This document shows, one piece after another, positions 39,636-48,090 of a DNA stretch of 64,000 bases (within the stretch, counting starts at the first letter, position 1; each line of letters starts with the position of its first letter). The notes under the pieces are model-generated. The model was not told where the DNA came from and did no database searches. It saw only the letters and a program-made list of their open reading frames with translations. Source of the DNA: an uncultured delta proteobacterium (GTDB taxonomy: Bacteria; Desulfobacterota; Binatia; HRBIN30; BPIQ01); the NCBI GenBank assembly GCA_963761335.1, contig CAVXGR010000012.1, positions 192,001 to 256,000 on the forward strand, written 5' to 3'. Both the position numbers and the translations under genes were made by a program.

Positions 39636-40870
39636 ATGGTCAGCAGGACGCGCAGCACGACGCGGTTGTTGGTGTAGTCGAATGCCGCCGTGTTCGAGTC
39701 GCGCCTCTCGAAGAGGTACTCGCCGCTGACCCCGAGATAGTCGCGAATCTGATAGTGCACCCCCGCGCCGGCGGCGTAGACGTCGTCGTTGCGCGACGAG
39801 GTCTGGTAGTCGTGGTTGGAGATGCCGCTCTCGGCGAACACGCGGATCTTGCCGGCATGGCCGAGAACCTGGTCGAGCCGCAGCACCGCTCCCTCGTTGA
39901 CGTAGAAATCATCCGGTCCACCGATGGCGCGGAAGGAGCTTTCCGGGGCGCTGCGGTCGACGAGCACGGTCAGCAGGGTGCGGTCGGTGGGCTGAAACGC
40001 CAGGCGACCGGACGCGATCAGGCCGGTGAAGTCCTTCTGTGTCGGGTTGTCGAACTGCTTGGTCCCGTAGCCCACCTTCACCAGTGCGTTCATCTTCGAG
40101 GTGATATCGCCGCGCACGCCCACCTGGCCCTGGTGAATCTCGTTGTCGCGCACGGCGGCGGTGCCGTCGTTGAAATAGTTGGTGGTTCCGTAGCCGTACT
40201 CGACCAGCAGCGCCGTCTTCGGCAGGACCCGGTAGTACGCGTCGGCGGTGGCCAGCTGCTCCATGCGGCTCAGGGTGACGTCGAAGTCCGCCGGCGGCTG
40301 CCCGGGGTTCTGAAAGGTGCCGCTGTCGTAGTCGTAGACCGTGTTGGCGTAGCCGACGGCGACCGACCAGCGATCGGCGAAGGCGTACTCCACCTCCAGG
40401 TTGGCGTCGTTCTGAATGCGGCCGATGAGCGGCTCCTGCTCGGTGTCCGGGCGATCGTTGGTGCGCTTCACTTCATCGAAGGCCGCCCACGACAGCCCTC
40501 CCGGATAGCTCCCCTTGCCCTGCACGCGACCGGTATGGCGGATGTTGCTCTCGTCGAGGTCGGCGTACTCGATGATGTCGGCGCGATAGCCGACGTCGAT
40601 CTCCTGGCGGCCGAAGGGCAGCTGGAACAGCACGCCCGGGCTGACCACGGTGATGAAATCGTCACGCGTCGCCGTCGGCGTCAGGAAGACGTTGTCGTCG
40701 TAGATCTCCATCACGTACAGGAATGGATGGACGCGGACCGGGCCGGCCTTGAGGTTGCTTTTCCCCGCCCGGAACTCCTGCACCGGCACCTGCGCGCCGA
40801 CCCGAGATGCCGCCGCGGCACAGAGGAGCATTGCCGCCAGAGATACCACTGATGCCTTCCGCATGCGCAC
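39632..40870 (-). CDS. Outer-membrane beta-barrel protein associated with polysaccharide export
   Basis: Signal peptide; YDDNVF; alternating beta strands; C-terminal RDSN..FDYTNNR. Confidence 0.85.
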   Translation of the reverse strand: MRMRKASVVSLAAMLLCAAAASRVGAQVPVQEFRAGKSNLKAGPVRVHPFLYVMEIYDDNVFLTPTATRDDFITVVSPGVLFQLPFGRQEIDVGYRADIIEYADLDESNIRHTGRVQGKGSYPGGLSWAAFDEVKRTNDRPDTEQEPLIGRIQNDANLEVEYAFADRWSVAVGYANTVYDYDSGTFQNPGQPPADFDVTLSRMEQLATADAYYRVLPKTALLVEYGYGTTNYFNDGTAAVRDNEIHQGQVGVRGDITSKMNALVKVGYGTKQFDNPTQKDFTGLIASGRLAFQPTDRTLLTVLVDRSAPESSFRAIGGPDDFYVNEGAVLRLDQVLGHAGKIRVFAESGISNHDYQTSSRNDDVYAAGAGVHYQIRDYLGVSGEYLFERRDSNTAAFDYTNNRVVLRVLLTM

Positions 40871-40893
40871 AGATCCTTTCGCGGTTGCCCGGC

Positions 40894-41715
40894 CTACATG
40901 AGCAGCGGCCGGCTGGGGCTCACCGAGTGGCGCGGCGGCGGCTTGAAGCTCGGTGGCGGCGCCAGCGGGAAGAGAGGCGGCGCCTCGGGAGCCGGGGGCG
41001 CCTCGACCAGCGCCGGCGGCGGAGGCGGTGCCTTCTCCTCGGCGGCCGGCAGGACGGCGACGCGCTCGGGGTAGGCGACGTTCATGCAGATCTGGCGAAT
41101 CACCAGATTTCCCTGGTCGTCGAAGAAGCCGACCTCGCCCTGCTTCACGACCTGGTAGAAGCCGCTGTTCAGCTGCGGCGCGCCGTTGCGATAGGAGCGC
41201 AGCAGGCGGCCGGTGCGCACCGTGGAGGTATTCTCGATAGGGCCCGGGTGCAGGCTGCGGATGAACGCCAGCGCCAGCTGCGGATCCGGCTGGGGGATCC
41301 AGCCGGCGTCATAGAGAGCCTGGGCGTACTGCTCCGCGGTTGCGTTGACCTTGTGCTCCTCGATCATGCGGGCCAGGTCCGCCGGCGTCTGCGCGGGCTT
41401 CTTCCAGGGGCTGAGCCCCATCGGCTGCGAATAGTATGTCCGCCGGTCGTACTCGGTGTCCGAGGACACCGCCGGCGAGGCGACGGCGACCGCCGCCAGC
41501 AGCAGTACCGGAATCAGCGCCGCGCATGCCGCACCGAGCAGGTGACTGGGCAGGTTGCAAGGCGAAACGCAGGTCGCGCCTCGCGGCCGGGGGGTCTCTG
41601 TCGAGGTGCTCGCCTGTCCCCGTCGCTGCAATCGGGTGCGAGCGGCTATGAAGCGGCCGACCAGCGTAGCTTTCAACCTAACCGAACCGTCTGGTAAGGC
41701 AAACAAAAACGACAT
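40894..41715 (-). CDS. Hypothetical secreted protein with Pro-rich tail; start uncertain
   Basis: Signal-like LIPVLLLAAVAVAS, globular region, Pro-rich C-terminus; first gene of the cluster. Confidence 0.6.
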   Translation of the reverse strand: MSFLFALPDGSVRLKATLVGRFIAARTRLQRRGQASTSTETPRPRGATCVSPCNLPSHLLGAACAALIPVLLLAAVAVASPAVSSDTEYDRRTYYSQPMGLSPWKKPAQTPADLARMIEEHKVNATAEQYAQALYDAGWIPQPDPQLALAFIRSLHPGPIENTSTVRTGRLLRSYRNGAPQLNSGFYQVVKQGEVGFFDDQGNLVIRQICMNVAYPERVAVLPAAEEKAPPPPPALVEAPPAPEAPPLFPLAPPPSFKPPPRHSVSPSRPLLM

Positions 41716-41995
41716 CGCTGTTCACCATGACAAGCCAAAGCGCGGCGACCATACACTGTGGCCGAGGGGGCGGGAAGAGACGAAATGCCAGTCGGTTGCC
41801 GGGGTTGCCGAGCTTGTGGGTTCGCCGCTTCTAGCCTTGGGCTAGCCCAGGGCTACCGGCATTGGGGCTAGGTCGGGCGTCGGGGTTCGGCCGCGGATGC
41901 CGCCGGAGGCAGCAAGGAGTCCACCGAGACGCGGACGTCGGGAAACGCAAGCAGCGCGATTTGCTCGCCTCGACCCGACCCGGTCATCGAAAAGA

Positions 41996-42039
41996 AGTGC
42001 CCCCGGCGCGATTCGAACGCACGGCCCCAGGATTAGGAA
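41996..42039. repeat. Attachment-site repeat: displaced 3' half of tRNA-Arg
   Basis: 44 bp identical to 54237-54280 except G42024 versus A54265. Confidence 0.95.
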
Positions 42040-42144
42040 AAGTGCAAGGGCACTATCTGGCACCACCTAGCTCGACGTGAGCCGAGGAAAATCAACGCTT
42101 TTCGGCACTGCACCTCGGCTCACGTCGGCTCATTGGAACATAGA

Positions 42145-42162
42145 TTGGACACCCTTGGACAC
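42145..42162 (+). repeat. Tandem TTGGACAC, putative integrase arm-type sites (left arm)
   Basis: TTGGACAC at 42145 and 42155; the same pair occurs at 54170/54181. Confidence 0.7.
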
Positions 42163-42341
42163 TTTCACCCGACTTTTTTGCGTCCGACCGCACTGATATG
42201 AACGTGGGGAGAGAGGGGCGGTATTCCGCCGCCCCGAACTGAGCAGCATCGCCGCGGCTAGGGTAGCTCCCGAAGAGCGGGCACCGTCCCCGCCTGCCGC
42301 GGTGTAACCATCGACGGGCACCGAAGACGGAGGTGCGGCGG

Positions 42342-43148
42342 ATGGCGAAGAGAGCGCGGTCACGGAAGCACGGCCGAGAAGCAAGCGAGCAGACGGCGCC
42401 GGCTGTGGCCGCGTATCTGGCAGGGTACCGACGGCGGCGGCTAAGGAGCATGATCAGCGAGGCGGAGGCGCTGCTGGCGGCGGCCGTGGCCCTGTCATCG
42501 CAGGAGGCGCACGAGCGCACGCCGGCCGGCCGAGCGGAGGCGGAGGAGCGACAGCGGGGGATCGAGTCGCGGATGATTGAGGAGGTGACGGCGCTCTACG
42601 ACCGCGAGCGCGGCCCCGACAACGTCGAGCACCAGCAGCGATATGCCAACGCCGTCAAGGCGATCCTCGCCGGGCCGGAGACGGTGACGCCGAGCGCGAA
42701 GAACTATCCGCGGCAGCGGTTCGGGGTGAGCCGGGACGTCGGGCGAACGGTCTATGAGGTGACGCCGGAGGCGACCGCGATACGGGCGCGACTGCTCGCG
42801 CGCTGGGCGCTGGCGCAGACGGACCCCGCCGAAATGGCGTGGCTGGACGAGCGCGCCGAACAGGCCAGCGTCGAGCTGGTACTCGCTCGCGCACGTCATG
42901 CGGAGGGGATCGAGGCGGCGCAGTGGCGCGGGGTATCCGCGCGCGCGTCGTCGAATCCGACGCGACGGGCACAGGGTGCGAGGGACCGCGTTGGGCTGCG
43001 GCGCGACTACAAGTTGCTCCGCGCCGCGAACCTCAAGAAGAGATGGAGCGAGAAGAAGGCCGGCGCCGAAGCCGTGTCGGAGCTGGCGCGCCGGCGATCG
43101 GTGACGCCGGAGCGCATACGACGCATGCTGCGGGACGCGCAGACATAG
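42342..43148 (+). CDS. Hypothetical element protein, possible C-terminal HTH
   Basis: GGAGGT RBS before ATG 42342; ends AVSELARRRSVTPERIRRML. Confidence 0.65.
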   Translation: MAKRARSRKHGREASEQTAPAVAAYLAGYRRRRLRSMISEAEALLAAAVALSSQEAHERTPAGRAEAEERQRGIESRMIEEVTALYDRERGPDNVEHQQRYANAVKAILAGPETVTPSAKNYPRQRFGVSRDVGRTVYEVTPEATAIRARLLARWALAQTDPAEMAWLDERAEQASVELVLARARHAEGIEAAQWRGVSARASSNPTRRAQGARDRVGLRRDYKLLRAANLKKRWSEKKAGAEAVSELARRRSVTPERIRRMLRDAQT

Positions 43149-43214
43149 CACATCACGCTAGCGTGACGTGCTAGGCGCGTGACTAGCCAGCGCCAGCGGG
43201 CGCATGATGCGCGC

Positions 43215-43439
43215 ATGGCCACCACAGCATGCGCTGAGCTACTCACTAGCAGTGACGTATCACGCCTCGCCCGCGGCGAGGTAACCCCGGCCACCGTGCG
43301 TCTGGCGGCTGCGGCCGGGCGACTGCGCCCGGCCGCCGTGACGCCGAGCGGCGTGCGGCTCTATTCGCGGGCCGCCGTGCTCGCGTGGCTGGCGGCCCGG
43401 GCTGCGGCTCAGGCTCGACGGCGGGGAGAGGCCGCATAG
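43215..43439 (+). CDS. MerR/excisionase-like winged-HTH protein
   Basis: LLTSSDVSRL...VTPATVRL...GRL...TPSGVRLYSR. Confidence 0.75.
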   Translation: MATTACAELLTSSDVSRLARGEVTPATVRLAAAAGRLRPAAVTPSGVRLYSRAAVLAWLAARAAAQARRRGEAA

Positions 43440-43441
43440 TC

Positions 43442-45847
43442 GTGGGTCCTCGGGCGGCGGTGGTGCGGGGCGGAGCAGCGACACGCGCAGAGCAGCGACG
43501 GGCCGAGCGCGACTCGCGCGCCCATGCGCGTGAGTATGTCGAGCGCGGCTGGCGCATCGTGCGCGTACCGAAGGGCAGCAAGGCGCCCGTAGACAAGGGA
43601 TGGCAGAGCCGCGTCTATTCGGTCGAGGACTTCGCGGCTGACGACAACATCGGGCTGTGGCTCGGCGGCGACCTCAAGGACGTCGACCCGGACACGCCGG
43701 AGGCGCGGACTGCGGCGCCCCGACTGCTGCCGGCGACGGACATGCGGCATGGTCGCCCATCGGCACGGGCTCACTACTGGTACGACGCCGCCGGCGCAAA
43801 GACGGCCCAATACCGCGACGTCGACGGCCGGACGATGCTGATCGAGCTGCGCGCCGGAGCCGGCCAGCAAACCATCGTGCCGCCGTCCACGCATCCGAGT
43901 GGCGAGGTGCTCGCGTGGGAGGCGTTTGGCGAGCCGGCGGCGGTTGACCCGCGCGAGCTAGAGCGCCGGGTGGCTGCGGTAGCTGCTGCGGCGATACTCG
44001 CCCGCCATTCACCAGCAGAGGGCGCCCGACACGAGATGCGGATTGCGCTCGCCGGGATGGGGCTGCGCGGCGGCATGACGGAGCCCGACGTGCTGCGCTT
44101 CGTCGAAGCGGCCGCCGTCGCCGCCGGGCACCGAGACGTGGGCGACTGCGCCGGCGCTGTGAAGACGACGGCGGCCGCCATCGCTACCGGGAAGTCGGCG
44201 ACCGGCGCCCCGAGGCTGGCCGAGCTGCTGACCGGCGACGGCAGGAAAGTTGTCGAGCTGGTCCGCCAATGGCTCGGACTGCGCCGGACAGAGTCGGCGG
44301 TTGAAATCGAACAGGTGACGCCGCTCGACGTCTTCGGCGATGCGACCCTTGCCGGGTCGCCCGACTTCCCGCTTGAGCCGATGCCCGAGGTGCTCGCTCG
44401 CTTCGCAGAGGATGAGGCGGAGCGACTCGGCGTCGACCCGGCGATGCTCGCCTTGCCGGCGCTCGCCGTCTGCGCTGCGGCGATCCACGACGGCATACAG
44501 GTACAGCCGCGCATCCATGACACCGGCTGGCGAGAATCTGCCCGGCTTTGGATAGCGGGAATAACCGACAGCGGCGAGCGCAAGTCGCCCGCACTTCGCG
44601 CCGCCGTGCAGCCGCTCCGCGACATCGAAATTGCCTGCTTCGAGGAGGACCAGGCTGCCCTTGCAGAATACGAGATTGACCGGCGAGCCTATGAGTCTGC
44701 GGTCAAGGGCGTCGCTCAAAGGCGGGGCAAGGGCGAGGACGTGTCGGCGCCGACCGAGCCAAAAAAGCCGCGCGTCCGGCGGTGGGTATGCGATGACGCC
44801 ACAATCGAGGCGCTCAGCGATGTACTCTTGGACAATCACGGCGGGCCGCTGGTCTTCCGCGATGAGTTCTCCTCGTTCTTCGCCTTCGACGCCTATCGGC
44901 AGCAAGGCGCCGGCCGCGACCGCTCCCTTTGGCTGGAGCTCTACAACGGCGGTTGGAAGCCAATCGACCGGGTGAGGCGCGGGCGGGTGCTCGTCCCCAA
45001 CTGGTCGGTCTGCTTGCTCGGAGCGATACAGCCTGAACCCATGCGTCGGCTCGCGTCGAAGATAACCGACGACGGCTTGGTGCAGCGCCTCGTCACGTTC
45101 TTTCCGCGGCCTTGTACTCAAGGCATCGACCGCCGCCCCAACTACTCGGCGCTCACCGGATACCGCGAACTGCTCGCCCGCCTCGTTGCCCTGCCGCCGT
45201 CCCGCGAGCCGGTGACACTGGACCCGGATGCTCACCCGTGGCGGGAAGAGGTTGCGCGAGTCGCCCGTGACGTGATGCTGCTCCCGGACACCTCGGCCGC
45301 TTTCCGGGCGCACCTTGCGAAGTGGGAGGGACTATTTGCGCGCCTGTTGCTGACTTTGCATGTCGTCGGGTCGGTCTCGAAGACGGGGAACGTGGCGGTC
45401 AGCGTGTCGGCGGAGACGGCGGCCGCGGTCACCCGCCTGATGGTGGACTATCTGCTCCCCCATGCCGCCCGATTCTACGCCGACATCCTCGGGCATGACC
45501 ATCTGAAGCACGGGCGATGGCTCGCCGGCTTCATCCTGGCCCGCAGGCTCGAAAAGCTCAGTGTTCGCAGCATCGGGCGTGCGTATCGAGAGCTGCGCGG
45601 CGACCCCATCGGCACGGCGCGCGTGATGGAGACGCTGGAGGCGCTGGCATGGGTGACGCGCATCGAAACCGGGCACGGCGGCCCGCCCCGAAAATGGAAA
45701 GTCAACCCGCAGGTTCATTCACGATTTGCGGACCGCGCCGCCAAAGAACAGGAACGACGGCAACAAGTGTTCACGGAAATTCAGGCGGCGGCGGGACGCC
45801 TCGGGCTCGCCCACCAGGCCGACCACGATGAGGAGGTGGCCGAATGA
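43442..45847 (+). CDS. Bifunctional primase-polymerase fused to DUF3987/YfjI-like helicase domain
   Basis: RGWRIV..KGSKAP..GWQ, NIGL, DVD, HYWY, QTIVPPSTHPSG; then SGERKSP, DATIEAL, RDEF, GAIQP, DGLVQR. Start GTG 43442. Confidence 0.88.
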   Translation: MGPRAAVVRGGAATRAEQRRAERDSRAHAREYVERGWRIVRVPKGSKAPVDKGWQSRVYSVEDFAADDNIGLWLGGDLKDVDPDTPEARTAAPRLLPATDMRHGRPSARAHYWYDAAGAKTAQYRDVDGRTMLIELRAGAGQQTIVPPSTHPSGEVLAWEAFGEPAAVDPRELERRVAAVAAAAILARHSPAEGARHEMRIALAGMGLRGGMTEPDVLRFVEAAAVAAGHRDVGDCAGAVKTTAAAIATGKSATGAPRLAELLTGDGRKVVELVRQWLGLRRTESAVEIEQVTPLDVFGDATLAGSPDFPLEPMPEVLARFAEDEAERLGVDPAMLALPALAVCAAAIHDGIQVQPRIHDTGWRESARLWIAGITDSGERKSPALRAAVQPLRDIEIACFEEDQAALAEYEIDRRAYESAVKGVAQRRGKGEDVSAPTEPKKPRVRRWVCDDATIEALSDVLLDNHGGPLVFRDEFSSFFAFDAYRQQGAGRDRSLWLELYNGGWKPIDRVRRGRVLVPNWSVCLLGAIQPEPMRRLASKITDDGLVQRLVTFFPRPCTQGIDRRPNYSALTGYRELLARLVALPPSREPVTLDPDAHPWREEVARVARDVMLLPDTSAAFRAHLAKWEGLFARLLLTLHVVGSVSKTGNVAVSVSAETAAAVTRLMVDYLLPHAARFYADILGHDHLKHGRWLAGFILARRLEKLSVRSIGRAYRELRGDPIGTARVMETLEALAWVTRIETGHGGPPRKWKVNPQVHSRFADRAAKEQERRQQVFTEIQAAAGRLGLAHQADHDEEVAE

Positions 45848-46176
45848 GCGCGGCCCGCAGCCTCTTCGAGCGCGTCCGGATGCGGGTGGAGAGTCGAAAA
45901 ACGTCCCAAACGTCACATGCACGTGCGGGGATAGAGACAAGACAAGCTTCTTTTTCCTCTAATAATAACTCTGAGTCTCTGCGAAATCCTCAAGTGACAC
46001 TTGGGACGCTTTGCCCCCACGCACAGGACGAGTCGACCCGGCAGTGGTATCGCGACAACCCCAAGCTCATTTGCGCGAGATGCTGGCTTGATGCTCATGG
46101 CGGCCGAATTCGGGGGGGCACAGATAGCCCGGTCCGGGAGCCTGATGCTCTCCGCAAAGCCCGGGGGGCGCCGTGA
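45844..46176 (+). CDS. Hypothetical protein overlapping the putative origin
   Basis: Start and stop overlap both neighbours; CPH...CARC; N-terminal half may be non-coding origin sequence. Confidence 0.4.
   Translation: MSAARSLFERVRMRVESRKTSQTSHARAGIETRQASFSSNNNSESLRNPQVTLGTLCPHAQDESTRQWYRDNPKLICARCWLDAHGGRIRGGTDSPVREPDALRKARGAP
45898..46012. other. Putative replication origin of the element
   Basis: 19-bp inverted repeats (16/19; 45898-45916 and 45994-46012) flank an AT-rich core just after the primase/helicase gene. Confidence 0.55.
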
Positions 46177-46592
46177 TCGACCTCGCCAACGCCACGGCGC
46201 TGCTCGCCGAGCTGGTGAACGCCGCCGCCGCCGAGCAGATCCCGGACGTCATCGGCGCTCTTGAGTCAGCCAAGGCGCGGGCGCTCGCGAAGTTGATGCC
46301 GTCGCCGGTCGCCGGCCCGCCGAGGTTAGTCGACGCCGCCGAGATGGCCGACCTCATCGGCGTCCCGGAAGGATGGGTCCGAGACAAAGCCAGAGCCGGC
46401 GCCCTGCCCTGCCGGCAGCTTGGCCACTACGTGCGCTTCGATGCCGCCGAGGTGCTCGAAGCGGTGCGGAAGATGCCGGCGCCACAGAATCGCGGATTCT
46501 GTAGCCCGAAAAAGGGCGAGGAAAAACGCGGTGGTAGCCGGCGAGTGTCCAAGCCGTGTCCAAACCCTCCGGCAGCGGAGGTGCCATCGTGA
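46173..46592 (+). CDS. Excisionase-like HTH protein
   Basis: LVDAAEMADLIGVPEGWVRDKARAGALPCRQLGHYVRFD. Confidence 0.8.
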   Translation: MIDLANATALLAELVNAAAAEQIPDVIGALESAKARALAKLMPSPVAGPPRLVDAAEMADLIGVPEGWVRDKARAGALPCRQLGHYVRFDAAEVLEAVRKMPAPQNRGFCSPKKGEEKRGGSRRVSKPCPNPPAAEVPS

Positions 46593-47176
46593 GCCGTCAG
46601 CTGGCGCCGCTGAAGCCTGCCCGTGGCCGTCGACCGAAGCACGCCGGCCGCCTGCTCGACCGCGTCCTGAAAGAGAACCGCCTCGACCGGCGGACACAGA
46701 CGGCGCGGATGCTCGACTCGGTTGCCAACGACCTCGCCGCAGAGCGCGGCGGCTGGCAGCGAGTCTCGGCCGGCGAGGAGATCGCCATTCGGCGGATCGC
46801 CTTCCTGACGCTGCTCTGCTCGTCGATTGAATCGTGGGCGCTTCAGCAGCCCGGTGGCGTGATCGCCGAGGGCAAGCTGCTCGGCCCCTTGGCGAAGGGC
46901 TATGCGACCCACCAGGCGAATCTGGTGCGCACGCTGGCCGTTGTGGGCATCCGCCCTGATCGGCAGCCAGAGCAATCGTTGACCGACTATCTGCGGCAGA
47001 GAGAGATCGCCACGGAGCCGGCGCATAGCCCGGCCGGTGGCGTGGGCGGCGAGAGCGCGGGCCGGCGTTCCGGTTTGGGTTTCGACGGTCCGTCGCCTTC
47101 GCCGCCCAATTCTCCGCCGGCGCCACCGCCGGCACCACCACCAACGGCGCCATCGCGCGCCAGAAAGGACGATTGA
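46589..47176 (+). CDS. Hypothetical helical protein, candidate terminase small subunit
   Basis: GGAGGT RBS, GTGA overlap; basic N-terminus, helices ending LVRTLAVVGIRP; upstream of terL. Function inferred from position and shape. Confidence 0.5.
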   Translation: MSRQLAPLKPARGRRPKHAGRLLDRVLKENRLDRRTQTARMLDSVANDLAAERGGWQRVSAGEEIAIRRIAFLTLLCSSIESWALQQPGGVIAEGKLLGPLAKGYATHQANLVRTLAVVGIRPDRQPEQSLTDYLRQREIATEPAHSPAGGVGGESAGRRSGLGFDGPSPSPPNSPPAPPPAPPPTAPSRARKDD

Positions 47177-47179
47177 GAC

Positions 47180-47878
47180 ATGCCAGACCTCGCCACGTTG
47201 CTGTCCACCAGAAGCACGCAGGCTGCCGATGTCGATGCGAAGCTGTCGGACCCCATCCCGTCCACCACGGATCTGGCCGCCGCTGCGGCAGCAATCGCCG
47301 ACGAGCACCGTCTTGCCCGTGCCGCGGCATGTAGTGCCCTTTCGCACGCCCGCCGAGCTGGTGAGCTGCTCCTCGACGCCAAGGCGCGGCTCCCGCATGG
47401 CGCCTGGCTTCCGTGGGTGCAATCGCTGGACGACCTGTCGCCACGCACGGCGCAAGCCTACATGCGGCTGGCCGCACACTGGAGCGAGGTAAAAGCAAAA
47501 GCGCAACACGTTGCGCATTTGCCGTTGCGCCAGGCTTTGCGCCTGCTGGCCGAGCCTCGGACCGCTGAGGCTCAACCGGAGGATGTGGCGCCCATTGAGG
47601 CATCGGGCAGCGACTGTTCGCTTGCCGTGGTCGCCGCGCCGAAGACCAGAGTAGAGCGGCATCCCGTTCACTACCGCAAGCGCTATGCCAACGCCAATAA
47701 AATGATGGAGAGAATGGTCCGCAACCTTGCAGGCATTGCGCTTGCCGCCAAGCAGATTCTTGACGTGAGCCAGCTCGACCCAAGCAGGCGCGCAGATTGG
47801 CTGAAGTCTCTTCGCGAATCATCGATGGTCTTCAACGGCATCTGCAAGAAGTTGAAGGAGGAGGACAAGTCATCGTGA
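47180..47878 (+). CDS. DUF3102 domain protein
   Basis: AGELLLDAKARLPHGAWLPWV...SPRTAQAYMRLA. Confidence 0.8.
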   Translation: MPDLATLLSTRSTQAADVDAKLSDPIPSTTDLAAAAAAIADEHRLARAAACSALSHARRAGELLLDAKARLPHGAWLPWVQSLDDLSPRTAQAYMRLAAHWSEVKAKAQHVAHLPLRQALRLLAEPRTAEAQPEDVAPIEASGSDCSLAVVAAPKTRVERHPVHYRKRYANANKMMERMVRNLAGIALAAKQILDVSQLDPSRRADWLKSLRESSMVFNGICKKLKEEDKSS

Positions 47879-48090
47879 CCACGGATGACGTGACCCCCGG
47901 CGTGGCGCCGACCGTGAAACTGCGCCCGCCGGAGACCACAGCGGCAGACGAGCTGCAAGCCGAGCTTCGCCGGCTCTCGGCGCATGAGCTGCGCTTGCTC
48001 CGTGACTGCGCCCGCCGATTGCGGCGAGACGGCGCCGACTTCTATGCGCGCCTGTCGAGGACCGTCACCTTCGGAGGCGAGGCGGCGTGA
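47875..48090 (+). CDS. Small hypothetical protein
   Basis: GTGA overlaps at both ends; AGGAGG RBS. Confidence 0.6.
   Translation: MTTDDVTPGVAPTVKLRPPETTAADELQAELRRLSAHELRLLRDCARRLRRDGADFYARLSRTVTFGGEAA

Noticed and set aside
41825..41870. JUMPstart/ops element upstream of the polysaccharide operon
   Set aside because: Only a loose GCCGGTAG match; no true GGCGGTAG.
41996..42039. Second tRNA gene
   Set aside because: Only the 3' half is present; it is an att remnant.
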